DNA of 64,000 bases from a bacterium. GTDB taxonomy: Bacteria > Zhuqueibacterota > QNDG01 > JAGLOF01. Positions 16,177-25,688 of the stretch are shown piece by piece; the stretch's first letter is position 1; the number at the start of each line of letters is the position of its first letter. Location of the stretch: contig JAGLOF010000016.1 of assembly GCA_023139105.1 (NCBI GenBank), positions 959 to 64,958 on the forward strand. The letters are read 5' to 3'. The notes below the pieces were generated by a model. The model was given only the letters and a program-made list of their open reading frames with translations, was not told the DNA's origin and searched no databases. Made by a program: the position numbers and the translations under genes.

Positions 16177-17316
16177 CTATTTCAATTCATCAACAAAATT
16201 ACTGAGTTTTTTTCTGGAAGTAGGACGTACAAAGGGAATAGCTACAATATGGCCATCCATTGTGTGGTCACGACCGGGCTGCCTGAACTGTATAGTAGCA
16301 TCCTGTTCCAGTGCTGTATTAATACCGATAAATCCAATGGGCGTATTCTCCATAGTGGGTGCTATTACACCACTTAGAACAAGCCCTGCAAGCTTGCCGT
16401 CTACCAGGACTTCCCAGCCGGGCATGGCCTTGCGGCGCCCCTCCATTATAAATGGACACACATGATAATCAATACCGTCAGCTTTCCTGGTTTCCAGAGC
16501 AGCCTTACCGATAAAATCCGTATCAAAGTCCATTGCAAACATCCAGGGATGAGCCAGCGCAGGTTTGTCAGCCATGAGTTCATGACCGTACAGCGGTAGG
16601 CCTGCTTCTGTGCGCAAAGTATCTCTGGCTGCCAGACCACAGGGCATGCAGCCTAGTTGTGTGCCTTCTTCAAGCAATAAATTCCATAGCTTTACCGCAT
16701 TATCGGAATGCGTGTAAATTTCAAAACCAACCTCCCCGGTATAACCGGTTCTGGAGAGAAGAACTTCCATTCCATGGATCTGAACTCCTGGCCTGAAACG
16801 GAAAAACTTCAATCCTCTGATTGATTCCAATCCGGCAACCTTGGCAATTAAACCGGGTGCAGCCGGCCCCTGTAGGTCAATCTTGGCTATTTCATCGGAA
16901 ATATCAGCCAAGGCCAAGTTCTCAGGAGCATTCTTTTTTAGCCATTCAAAATCTCCGGCAATGTCACCGGCATTTACAACCAACATAAAATACTCTTCAT
17001 CATAACGGTATAGAATGCAATCATCAACTACACCGCCTTGTTCATTCAACATAAAATTATACATAGCCTGACCATCTTGTAATTTTTCGATATTATTGGT
17101 CAGGAGACGACTCAAAAAGGGCAAAGCCTCAGCACCGCGAATTTCAAACTCACCCATATGACAAATGTCAAAAAGACCACAGGCATTGCGTGTTGCATGA
17201 TGTTCCTTTGACTGACCGCCAGCATACCACAGAGGCATATTCCAGCCTGCAAAATCAGCCATCTTGCCGCCAAGTTCAATATGCTCATCATAGAGCAGCG
17301 TTTTTTTTGCTTCCAC
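16177..17316 (-). CDS. gcvT: glycine cleavage system aminomethyltransferase (T protein)
   Basis: 379 aa; WNMPLWYAGGQSKEHHATRNACGLFDICHMGEFEIRG is the typical GcvT N-terminal block. Confidence 0.9.
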   Translation of the reverse strand: MEAKKTLLYDEHIELGGKMADFAGWNMPLWYAGGQSKEHHATRNACGLFDICHMGEFEIRGAEALPFLSRLLTNNIEKLQDGQAMYNFMLNEQGGVVDDCILYRYDEEYFMLVVNAGDIAGDFEWLKKNAPENLALADISDEIAKIDLQGPAAPGLIAKVAGLESIRGLKFFRFRPGVQIHGMEVLLSRTGYTGEVGFEIYTHSDNAVKLWNLLLEEGTQLGCMPCGLAARDTLRTEAGLPLYGHELMADKPALAHPWMFAMDFDTDFIGKAALETRKADGIDYHVCPFIMEGRRKAMPGWEVLVDGKLAGLVLSGVIAPTMENTPIGFIGINTALEQDATIQFRQPGRDHTMDGHIVAIPFVRPTSRKKLSNFVDELK

Positions 17317-17448
17317 AATATCCTCACTATGTTAAATAGTAAATAGAGTAATGTTGCTCATTTGATTAGAATTGTTATACTTAAACGCCAATTATTTCAA
17401 TTTCAAATGAGGAGAATCTGTCCGGCATTAAGCCGGAAAATATCATGA

Positions 17449-17514
17449 AATTTATGTTCAGGTAATTAAATGTCAACTTACAGTTAATTTATTGACTTAT
17501 GAGTCATTTGTCAA
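17449..17514 (-). promoter_or_regulatory. two tandem sigma70-like promoter motifs upstream of gcvT
   Basis: On the minus strand: TTGACA(17514..17509)-N17-TAAATT(17491..17486) and TTGACA(17476..17471)-N16-TAAATT(17454..17449). The palindrome TGACT-N4-AGTCA sits in the first spacer. Confidence 0.4.
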
Positions 17515-17756
17515 CCTTTTTTTCAAGGTTGAAGCTAATATATTATTAAATTTTATCTCATTTACAGAGTACAAATTTCCACTTTGTCAACTTTATACAT
17601 CACTGCAATTTCGCTTCTATTACATACTATAGCCCCAAAAGGACTGACGTCAGAAAATAAATTGTGTGATTGTTACAGAAAACAATGGGTAATATAGAAT
17701 GAAAAATGTTGATATCAAGGAATTCTTATGATCCTGTCCTGCTCTTTTTTTATCTG

Positions 17757-17905
17757 TGTAGGGCAGGGAGGTTCCGTGTATTCCGTGAAGAAATGCTTTT
17801 TCTTTTGGGCTCTTCCGGGTATTCTATGGATTAATAACATATATACCAACATGCTGTGCTCATCTGCGCTCAATCTGCGTTATCTGCGGATTTATAATTC
17901 CACAC
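17757..17905. repeat. degenerate CGTG/CTGCG-rich repeat block
   Basis: gggcagggaggttccgtgtattccgtgaag...gctcttcc resembles 45306-45370 and 51866-51930. It is followed by tctgcgctcaatctgcgttatctgcgg. Confidence 0.6.
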
Positions 17906-17982
17906 TATTGCCGGAAAAGCCTTAAAATAAAAAGAACAATGGGCCTTTTAATCCTGGAAGGATAGCATATCTATTGGCTGCA

Positions 17983-19053
17983 CTATTTAAAAACACGAAT
18001 AACATCGTTATAAATAACAAAAATCATAAACACCAGGAGAACAGCCATGCCCACCTGCTGGATTATCATCTTCACCTTTAAGGGAATATCCCGGCGTATA
18101 ATACCTTCAATTGTCAGAAAGAACATATGACCGCCATCCAGAACGGGTATGGGCATAAGATTAAGTATAGCAAGATTAAGACTTAAAAGTGCCATGAAAG
18201 ATATCAATGTCGCCCATCCTGCTCTTGCAGAGTCACCGGCCATTTTGGCAATGCCAACCGGGCCGGCTAAATTTTTAATTGACTCTTTTCCTGTAACAAG
18301 CTTGACAACAGCTTCTACTATAAACCGGCCCAGAGCCCATGTGGCTTTTATTGAACGTCCTGCTGATTCAACCGGATTGATATGCCTGATTGTAAAATCC
18401 CGCTCAATACCAATCTGCGGCCAGCGCACGGTCTGCCCGTCTTGTTCCTGCTCATGCACAAGCGGAGTGATTGTCAGTTGAAATGCAGAATCAGCCCTGA
18501 CAACATTTATATCAATAGTCTCACCACCACTGGACCTGATGAGGCGTGTCATATCATCCCATGTGGTGACAGGTTGTTCATTAATAGATGTAATTTTGTC
18601 ACCCGGCAAGAGCCCCGCTTCTACAGCAGGCAAATTTTCTACCAGACTGCCGACAACAGAACCCTCATTGTAAACGGCCTCACCTGAAATCATTCCAGCT
18701 GCCCAGATAACGGCAAATGTGAAAAAGATATTCATGAAAGGGCCTGCAAATATCACCAGCATTCTCTGTATCCATGGATGGGCTCTGAATTCCCATGGTT
18801 TGGGTGCTGCCTCAAGTGTGTCTGTGTCCATAGACTCATCTATCATTCCCGTAATCTTCACATATCCACCAAAAGGAATCCAGCTAAGGCAGTAATCCGT
18901 ATCTCCAACTTTTTTACCGATCATGCGTGGAGGATAACCCAGGGAAAAACGCTCAACCCGTATATGAAACAACTTTGCACAGAGAAAGTGACCCAATTCA
19001 TGGATGAAGACCAGAACGCCTAAAACAAAAACAGTTGAAAGCAGCGTAATCAT
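17983..19053 (-). CDS. rseP: RIP (site-2) metalloprotease RseP
   Basis: 356 aa with HELGHF zinc motif, a central PDZ-like segment, and LNLMPIPVLDGGH. Confidence 0.9.
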   Translation of the reverse strand: MITLLSTVFVLGVLVFIHELGHFLCAKLFHIRVERFSLGYPPRMIGKKVGDTDYCLSWIPFGGYVKITGMIDESMDTDTLEAAPKPWEFRAHPWIQRMLVIFAGPFMNIFFTFAVIWAAGMISGEAVYNEGSVVGSLVENLPAVEAGLLPGDKITSINEQPVTTWDDMTRLIRSSGGETIDINVVRADSAFQLTITPLVHEQEQDGQTVRWPQIGIERDFTIRHINPVESAGRSIKATWALGRFIVEAVVKLVTGKESIKNLAGPVGIAKMAGDSARAGWATLISFMALLSLNLAILNLMPIPVLDGGHMFFLTIEGIIRRDIPLKVKMIIQQVGMAVLLVFMIFVIYNDVIRVFK

Positions 19054-19074
19054 AAAATATCCCTTTTAATTTAT

Positions 19075-20238
19075 CTATCTACCCATTTCCAAATGCCTGT
19101 TCAGCCAGACACGAACATCCCGGTCAATCTCCAGAATGGCGGGCAGATCAACAGCACCGCTTTTAGCAAACTCGTGAAGTGCCATCTCAATATATCGTGA
19201 AATATCTGTAAATTTAATCTGTCCCCGGATAAAAGCTTCCACAGCTATTTCATCTGCAGCATTAAGCACAGCAGGAGCTGTTCCACCTGTTTTTAATGCA
19301 TCAAAGGCCAGAGCCAAAGCCGGAAATTTGTGCAGATCCGGCGGCTCAAAATTGAGAGCAAATGTATCAGACCAATCCATCCGTCTAAAACTACCTCCCA
19401 GACGATGCGGAAAACCAAGTGCATAGGCTATTGGTATACGCATATCCGGTTCACCAAGTTGAGCCTTTACAGAACCATCGATAAACAAAATCATTGAATG
19501 TACAATTGACTGAGGATGAACAACAACCTCAATTTGATCAGGCCCCACTCCAAATAACCAACGGGCTTCAATTACTTCCAGGCCTTTATTCAGGAGTGTC
19601 GCAGAATCAATAGTTACTTTTCTGCCCATAGACCAATTAGGATGAGCCAGAGCCTGCTCAACAGTTACGCCGGCCAAGTCTTCTTTGGCAGTCTCTCTGA
19701 AAGGCCCGCCTGATGCCGTTAAAATCAACTTTTCAACTGATTCGGCCCTCTCTCCCACCAGGCATTGAAACAGTGCTGAGTGCTCTGAATCAATAGGAAG
19801 TATGGAAAGATTACGTTTTGCAGCCATGCCCATAATCAATTCACCGGCCATAACCAGAACTTCTTTATTGGCCAAAGCTATCGGCCGATTTGCCTCAAGA
19901 GCAGTGACTGTCGCCTCAAGCCCCACAGCTCCTACCAGAGCATTTACTACAAGATCAGCAGCATCATATGCTGCTGCATCCAGAAGGCCCTGCCTGCCAA
20001 AAAGCAGATTGACACCAATATCGTGGAAACGGCTGCGCCAGTGAGTCCGATCAACATCACCTGTCAGAACGGCCAGGGCAGGACGCCACTTCCGTGCAAT
20101 ATCGTAGAGACTTTCCGCTCCGGAGTGTGCAGTTATAACTTTCAATTCAAAGAGATCTTCATGCTGACTCATGACATCAAGAGTCTGAAGACCAATAGAA
20201 CCTGTTGCTCCCCACAATGCAATGCGTTTTCTAGCCAT
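19075..20238 (-). CDS. dxr: 1-deoxy-D-xylulose 5-phosphate reductoisomerase
   Basis: 387 aa with IALWGATGSIGLQTLDV, LPIDSEHSA and HPNWSMG blocks. Confidence 0.95.
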   Translation of the reverse strand: MARKRIALWGATGSIGLQTLDVMSQHEDLFELKVITAHSGAESLYDIARKWRPALAVLTGDVDRTHWRSRFHDIGVNLLFGRQGLLDAAAYDAADLVVNALVGAVGLEATVTALEANRPIALANKEVLVMAGELIMGMAAKRNLSILPIDSEHSALFQCLVGERAESVEKLILTASGGPFRETAKEDLAGVTVEQALAHPNWSMGRKVTIDSATLLNKGLEVIEARWLFGVGPDQIEVVVHPQSIVHSMILFIDGSVKAQLGEPDMRIPIAYALGFPHRLGGSFRRMDWSDTFALNFEPPDLHKFPALALAFDALKTGGTAPAVLNAADEIAVEAFIRGQIKFTDISRYIEMALHEFAKSGAVDLPAILEIDRDVRVWLNRHLEMGR

Positions 20239-21061
20239 GTAGCTCCTCCGGACCTGGAAGCAAGGTAAAATCAGAACGCAATTCTTCTATTTTGCCTAGT
20301 TCCGAATCTGTAAGAGAGGCATCTGCAAAACAAATATTCAATTGCTCAGCCATACCTGCGCGCAGGTGAGGCGTCACTTCATCATACTCTACTGTTCTTC
20401 CCAGGCATGCGCCTATTGATGACGTCTTGGATTCAATAGCGCGTCTGAGCCTGGTCTTTTCCCGTTCTGTTCCGCCGGAGAGAAACTTGGGTAGATCAAG
20501 ATGTGCATCACCGATAAGAATGGAACCATGTTGCAACATGCCTTCAGCCAGATGACGTTGAGCTGAACCAACAAGTTTTTTCCCATCTACTAAAATTTCA
20601 TGTCGTGCCGCTGCAGAAAAACAGGACACGGACAGATCTTTTTTATAGTGTTCATGCAGGTCTACAGATCGTTTTTCCAGTTCAGCCGGCACATCCATAC
20701 GCCTGATACCACGGGCAAGCCCCTGGCTCAGTGTCATATACAGAGCAGCTACATTATCCAGGTACTGCGTATTAGACTTGGGAATTATCACTGAGTAAGT
20801 AACCTCTTCCGCATGAAATACTGCCCGCCCGCCTGTAGGCCTGCGAACAACATGTATACCCGCATCCTTACATGCAGCTACATCTATGCTGTCAAGTTTC
20901 TGATGATAACCAAGAGAGATGCAGTAGGGGGCCCATCTATACATCCGCATTGTTGGCATGCCAACTTCTTCTGAACATGCAAGAATAGCCTGGTCCATGG
21001 CCATTTGTCGTGCCCCGTCGGAAAAGCCCGTATCTATCCAGCGCCATGTATTAATACTCAT
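20231..21061 (-). CDS. lipoate-protein ligase / octanoyltransferase family protein (LipM-like)
   Basis: ORF 20231..21115; the likely start is ATG 21061, 1 nt after the lpxA stop. BPL/LPL catalytic-domain pattern RRPTGGRAVFH ... SCF ... GKKLVGSAQR. Confidence 0.65.
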   Translation of the reverse strand: MSINTWRWIDTGFSDGARQMAMDQAILACSEEVGMPTMRMYRWAPYCISLGYHQKLDSIDVAACKDAGIHVVRRPTGGRAVFHAEEVTYSVIIPKSNTQYLDNVAALYMTLSQGLARGIRRMDVPAELEKRSVDLHEHYKKDLSVSCFSAAARHEILVDGKKLVGSAQRHLAEGMLQHGSILIGDAHLDLPKFLSGGTEREKTRLRRAIESKTSSIGACLGRTVEYDEVTPHLRAGMAEQLNICFADASLTDSELGKIEELRSDFTLLPGPEELHG

Positions 21062-21062
21062 A

Positions 21063-21842
21063 TCAGCGTACAATCCCACGTTTGGAGTTGTCCATAAACT
21101 GCATAACATTTTCAATAACAGGCGTTATCTCAAGCTCGGAACGGATACGCTGAAATGCCTGGCTTGTATTGAGTTTGGAGCGATAGATGATTCGATATGA
21201 TTGCCGCAGTAAACGTATCTCCGCCTTATCAAAACCACGTCTCTTTAATCCAACGGCATTTAAACCATTATATGCCAGGGGCTCACCTGCAGCCAGAATA
21301 TATGGAGGCACATCCTGTACAACACGGAAACCGCCTCCGATAAATGAGTGCTGACCCACAGTACAAAACTGATGCACAGGTGTGAGACCTCCAATAATCA
21401 CCCAGTCTTCCAAGGTGACATGACCGGCCAGTTGAACGCCATTCGCCAGGATAACTCTATCTCCAACCACACAATCATGTGCAACATGACTGTAGGCCAT
21501 AAGCAGACAATGAGCACCTACACTGGTTTTATTAGTACTGACCGTTCCCCTGTTAAGATCGGCATACTCACGGATGACCGTAAAATCGCCAATCTCCAGT
21601 GTCGTTGGTTCACCTGCATACTTCAAATCCTGTGGAGGCGAACCAATAACAGCGCCGTGATGAATATCGCAGGAGCGGCCGATACGTGCACCATCATCCA
21701 CTAAAACATGTGAATGAATTACAGTATCTTCTGCAATTTTAACATCACCGCGAATTATTGAAAATGCTCCAACACTGACTGAATCAGCAAGTTCTGCTTT
21801 GGGATCTATAATTGCTGTTGGATGAATTTTAGCCAACGGCAA
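21063..21842 (-). CDS. lpxA: acyl-ACP--UDP-N-acetylglucosamine O-acyltransferase
   Basis: 259 aa with hexapeptide repeats and a C-terminal helical domain (GLNAVGLKRRGF...I..L...Y). Confidence 0.9.
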   Translation of the reverse strand: MPLAKIHPTAIIDPKAELADSVSVGAFSIIRGDVKIAEDTVIHSHVLVDDGARIGRSCDIHHGAVIGSPPQDLKYAGEPTTLEIGDFTVIREYADLNRGTVSTNKTSVGAHCLLMAYSHVAHDCVVGDRVILANGVQLAGHVTLEDWVIIGGLTPVHQFCTVGQHSFIGGGFRVVQDVPPYILAAGEPLAYNGLNAVGLKRRGFDKAEIRLLRQSYRIIYRSKLNTSQAFQRIRSELEITPVIENVMQFMDNSKRGIVR

Positions 21843-21848
21843 GTCTCC

Positions 21849-23252
21849 TTATTCTCTATCTACAATTGCGCACATCAATTCGGATTCACATACAAGTTCA
21901 TCATCTACAAAGGCCTTACAAGCCATTTTGCAGGAACTTGCCCTCTGACGCAGCAATGTAATGTCTAAAATTAACTGATCTCCCGGTACAACCGGCTTAC
22001 GGAAGCGTACTTTATCAATTGTCATGAAATAAGCTATCTTTGACTCGGGATCTTCCAGACTGTTCAGAAGAAGCACAGCACCAGCCTGAGCCATACACTC
22101 CAATTGCAATACACCTGGCATTACAGGGTGGTCAGGAAAATGACCCGGGAAAAACGGCTCATTCATCGTAACATTTTTCAAACCCACAACCCTCGTACCC
22201 GGATCCAGTTCAATAATCCGGTCAACAAGAAGGAAGGGATAACGATGAGGAAGTATCCTGGCAATGGCCTCACTGTCAAAAATTACTCCACGTTTTGTGG
22301 GTTTTTTCTGGTATTTAGAAGTAAGTTTTTTCTTTTGATAGAGCTGACGTATCTTCTTCACCAATTCTACATGAGCAGCATGCCCGGAGCGTGCTGCCAT
22401 AACATGGGCCTTTAGCGGAACTCCCAAAAGCGCAAGATCTCCAATTAAATCCAGGGTTTTATGCCTCACTGGCTCATTGGCAAAACGCAGCTCTTTATTA
22501 CCGAGTATTTCACCATGATGCCCTACCGACACTTCACCCTTGAGCCCAAACCTTTTGGTCAGTCCGGCCATCTCTTCAGTGGATACTTCACGGTCAACTA
22601 TTACCACAGCATTGTCCAGATTACCGCCTTGTATCAGACCTTTATCATGCAGCATCTCTACTTCTGTCAAAAAACAAAAAGTACGCGTAGGTGCATAGTC
22701 TGTCACAAATTCATCAGATAATGAATACATTGACGTATACTGTGTACCTAGTGCAGGATTTTTATAATCTACCATAAAAGTAATACGCAGTTCATCAGAG
22801 GGAAAGACAACCATATCAATGCCATTTTCAGGATCAGTATATGTAATTGTCTCATCTATTTCAAGATACTGTCTCTCGGCATCCTGCTCAACAATACCTG
22901 CTTCCTGTAGAATTTTTACAAACGGCATAGCACTGCCGTCACCGACAGGCGGTTCATTTGAATCAACTTCTACACGAACATTGTCAATCTCCATACCATA
23001 GAGAGCGGCCAAAACATGTTCAACCTGCCTTATGCGTACATCACCAATGCCAATTGTTGTGTCCCGTGAATTATCAACGACATGATCGATATCAGCCTGT
23101 ATCTCCGGGCAATTTTCAATATCAGTCCTTACAAATCTAATGCCGGTATTGGGTTCAGCAGGCCAGAAAGTAATTGTAACTTTATTGCCTGTATGCAAAC
23201 CTGTTCCGGAATCCGAAACCGGTTTGCCGATAGTGCGTTGTTGTGTAATCAT
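21849..23252 (-). CDS. lpxC-fabZ: bifunctional UDP-3-O-acyl-GlcNAc deacetylase / 3-hydroxyacyl-ACP dehydratase (LpxC/FabZ fusion)
   Basis: 467 aa. The N-terminal half is LpxC-like (GLHTGNKVTITFWPAEPNTGIRFVRTD). The C-terminal half is a FabZ hot-dog (LPHRYPFLLVDRI ... FPGHFPDHPVMPGVL). Confidence 0.9.
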   Translation of the reverse strand: MITQQRTIGKPVSDSGTGLHTGNKVTITFWPAEPNTGIRFVRTDIENCPEIQADIDHVVDNSRDTTIGIGDVRIRQVEHVLAALYGMEIDNVRVEVDSNEPPVGDGSAMPFVKILQEAGIVEQDAERQYLEIDETITYTDPENGIDMVVFPSDELRITFMVDYKNPALGTQYTSMYSLSDEFVTDYAPTRTFCFLTEVEMLHDKGLIQGGNLDNAVVIVDREVSTEEMAGLTKRFGLKGEVSVGHHGEILGNKELRFANEPVRHKTLDLIGDLALLGVPLKAHVMAARSGHAAHVELVKKIRQLYQKKKLTSKYQKKPTKRGVIFDSEAIARILPHRYPFLLVDRIIELDPGTRVVGLKNVTMNEPFFPGHFPDHPVMPGVLQLECMAQAGAVLLLNSLEDPESKIAYFMTIDKVRFRKPVVPGDQLILDITLLRQRASSCKMACKAFVDDELVCESELMCAIVDRE

Positions 23253-23352
23253 AAATTCCTCTTTATAATTTCAACTTAAATGCTGTCTCATAAGCCCGAA
23301 TGAATCTCATAAAAAATTTTGAAATCATCATGACAACACCTGTCTATTCAGA

Positions 23353-24393
23353 TCAGGAACCTACCGAACGGGAGGCCGACAAATCATCTAACTTAGCTTT
23401 AATTTCCTTAATATCCTTTAATGCCTTAGGCAGTTGCCTTTTAGCTGCATCCAGGCGCATCTCCTGTCTATGCGGCCCCGCAGGCGAACCAACTACTACT
23501 TCATTATCCTTTAGAGATTTGGACACGCCGGATTGAGCCATAATTGCCACATTATCACCAATGGAAATATGTCCGGCAAAACCAACCTGCCCGCCTACAC
23601 GGCACCAGCCTTTAATATTCGTGCTGCCTGAAAGGCCTGTCTGTGCTGCAATTACAGTATGCGGCCCTATGGAACAATTATGTGCCACTTGTATCAGGTT
23701 ATCCAACTTGGTGCCGCATAGTATACGTGTTTCACCCATGGTTGCCCGGTCGATTGTGACATTCGCACCAATTTCCACATCATCTTCAATTACAACTGTG
23801 CCTATCTGAGGAATTTTGTGATAGGCTCCATTATGAGGTACAAATCCAAAACCGTCACAACCAATTACAGTCCCATCATATATTACAACACGATCACCAA
23901 GAATTACAGCTTCCCGCAGACTGACATTTGCATGAATAATACAGTCATCACCAATCTTTACACCATCTCCAACAACGGTATTGGGCAATATCTGTGTATT
24001 GGCGCCGATAGAACAATTACTGCCTATTACGACATGTGCGCCTACTGCTGCTCCCCTGCCCAGATCTGTGCCTTCTCCGATAATTGCAGAAGCGTGAACT
24101 CCTGCTGGTATAAATGGTCTTACTGGAAAAAACATACGAATAGTCTGCATAAACGCAAAATATGAGTTTTTACATCTGATAACCGGCAGCTGTGTTGGCA
24201 CTTCCACATCAAGGGGTATAATAACTGCAGATGCCCCTGTATTCTCCAGATGTTTCACATATTTGGTATTTGCTAAAAATGAAATACTGCCTTCTTTACC
24301 CTCTTCAATTTTAGACACGCCATTTATGATCATATCCGGAGGGCCGACAAGCTCTCCATCGACCAGCTCGGCGATAGATTGCAATGTAAACAT
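23353..24393 (-). CDS. lpxD: UDP-3-O-acylglucosamine N-acyltransferase
   Basis: 346 aa with an LpxD-type N-terminal domain (LQSIAELVDGELVG...ISFLANTKY) followed by hexapeptide repeats. Confidence 0.9.
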   Translation of the reverse strand: MFTLQSIAELVDGELVGPPDMIINGVSKIEEGKEGSISFLANTKYVKHLENTGASAVIIPLDVEVPTQLPVIRCKNSYFAFMQTIRMFFPVRPFIPAGVHASAIIGEGTDLGRGAAVGAHVVIGSNCSIGANTQILPNTVVGDGVKIGDDCIIHANVSLREAVILGDRVVIYDGTVIGCDGFGFVPHNGAYHKIPQIGTVVIEDDVEIGANVTIDRATMGETRILCGTKLDNLIQVAHNCSIGPHTVIAAQTGLSGSTNIKGWCRVGGQVGFAGHISIGDNVAIMAQSGVSKSLKDNEVVVGSPAGPHRQEMRLDAAKRQLPKALKDIKEIKAKLDDLSASRSVGS

Positions 24394-24941
24394 CAGCGAC
24401 CTCGATTAGTATTTTTCTTTTTCGGGGATTGACGCCGTAAAAGCTCTATCACATCTTCAGTGATATCCATATTCTCTTTGGCAAAAAGTATATTACCCTC
24501 AATGGAGTCGAAGACAATATCCAATCCCCGGTCATCGGCAATCTCATCGACAGCGACCTTAATATTTTCATATATTGGCCTCAGCAGTTCTTCCTGCTTT
24601 TTAAAATATTGGCCGGCATCACCCCAAACTTGTTTCTGAAACTGCTGAATCTCCTGGTGAAGCGCAGAGATTTCATCCGTTCTCTCTTTTTTCCGTGCGT
24701 TACTCAGAAGCAGGCTATAGGTTTCAAGCTCTTTCTCCATCTTATCCAAATTCCGATTCTTCTCCGAGAGTTCCTGTTCCCACTTACGGTTCTCCTCATT
24801 CAATAGTTTTTCAGCATCTCTGACAGCCTCATAACTATCTCTTATCTTCTTGGAATCCACATAGCCGATTTTAGATTGTGCCTGTATAGCGGACGAAAAA
24901 AGCAGTATTAGAGCCATACTCAATGCAATGTAAAATCTCAC
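24393..24941 (-). CDS. skp: OmpH/Skp-family periplasmic chaperone
   Basis: ORF 24393..25031; the likely start is GTG 24941, preceded by AAGGAGG, giving signal peptide (M)RFYIALSMALILLFSSAIQAQ. The body is coiled-coil, Lys/Glu-rich. Confidence 0.7.
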   Translation of the reverse strand: MRFYIALSMALILLFSSAIQAQSKIGYVDSKKIRDSYEAVRDAEKLLNEENRKWEQELSEKNRNLDKMEKELETYSLLLSNARKKERTDEISALHQEIQQFQKQVWGDAGQYFKKQEELLRPIYENIKVAVDEIADDRGLDIVFDSIEGNILFAKENMDITEDVIELLRRQSPKKKNTNRGR

Positions 24942-25052
24942 TTCATCCTCCTTAAAGCCGCAAAAACGACTATTGTTACAGGTAAGAGAACCAACCCTCT
25001 CAAAACAATAAAACATCCATGGCCTCTTCAAGGTGGATGTCTAATTGAAAAC

Positions 25053-25083
25053 TGTGCCGGCCACTGACAAAGAGACCGGCACA
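25053..25083 (-). terminator. possible attenuator/terminator hairpin between the two skp paralogs
   Basis: 8-bp stem TGTGCCGG/CCGGCACA with a 15-nt loop, followed on the minus strand by AGTTTTC (only a short U-run). Confidence 0.35.
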
Positions 25084-25112
25084 CTATCAGAACAATGCTC
25101 TTGAAATAATTA

Positions 25113-25646
25113 CTATTTCGTGGCAGTGCCTTTATCCTTCTGCAGTTCCTCAAGCACTTTTTCCGTAATATTAATAGAATCTTTTGCAAAAAGCAGTGCT
25201 TCTGATTTCAAAACAAAATCATAACCATTTTCATCACCGACATTCTTTATTGCTGTATCCACTTCTTCAACTATCGGCCCCAGAAGTTCATCACGCCGTT
25301 TATTGAACTCCTGATCTTTAACCTGTGCCTGTTGCTGCAACTGTTGATACAGAGTCTGAAGCTCTTCATACTGTTGACGTTTTTTCTCTTCACTGAGCAT
25401 AAGGCTCTGCTGTTCAAGTTTTTTCTGACGGTCAACAAGATCTTTTTCCATCGTCTGGAGCTCTGAGGCAATAACCGCTCTCTCACTCTCAAGTTGTTTG
25501 GCAATATCAATAGAACCTTGATACTTGGCCATGATGTACTGAGTATCTACATAACCGACTTTCAATTGAGCCATAACAGGCATTGCTACAAATACAAGCA
25601 ATAAAGCCAGAACTACAAATAAACGTTGAATTTTTTGAATAGACAA
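25113..25646 (-). CDS. skp: OmpH/Skp-family periplasmic chaperone
   Basis: 177 aa with a signal peptide, KVGYVD motif and a Gln/Glu-rich coiled coil. Confidence 0.75.
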   Translation of the reverse strand: MSIQKIQRLFVVLALLLVFVAMPVMAQLKVGYVDTQYIMAKYQGSIDIAKQLESERAVIASELQTMEKDLVDRQKKLEQQSLMLSEEKKRQQYEELQTLYQQLQQQAQVKDQEFNKRRDELLGPIVEEVDTAIKNVGDENGYDFVLKSEALLFAKDSINITEKVLEELQKDKGTATK

Positions 25647-25688
25647 TTTTTCCTCCTGATATAAATGATCTTACATTTTTTTATATTA

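Noticed and set aside
17317-17480. Glycine riboswitch in the gcvT leader
   Set aside because: It is expected by context, but I could not find the conserved GGAGAG / CACCG / CTCTGGAGAG cores on the gcvT strand. The only hairpin (CCGGC-ATTA-GCCGG at ~17422-17435) is not riboswitch-like.
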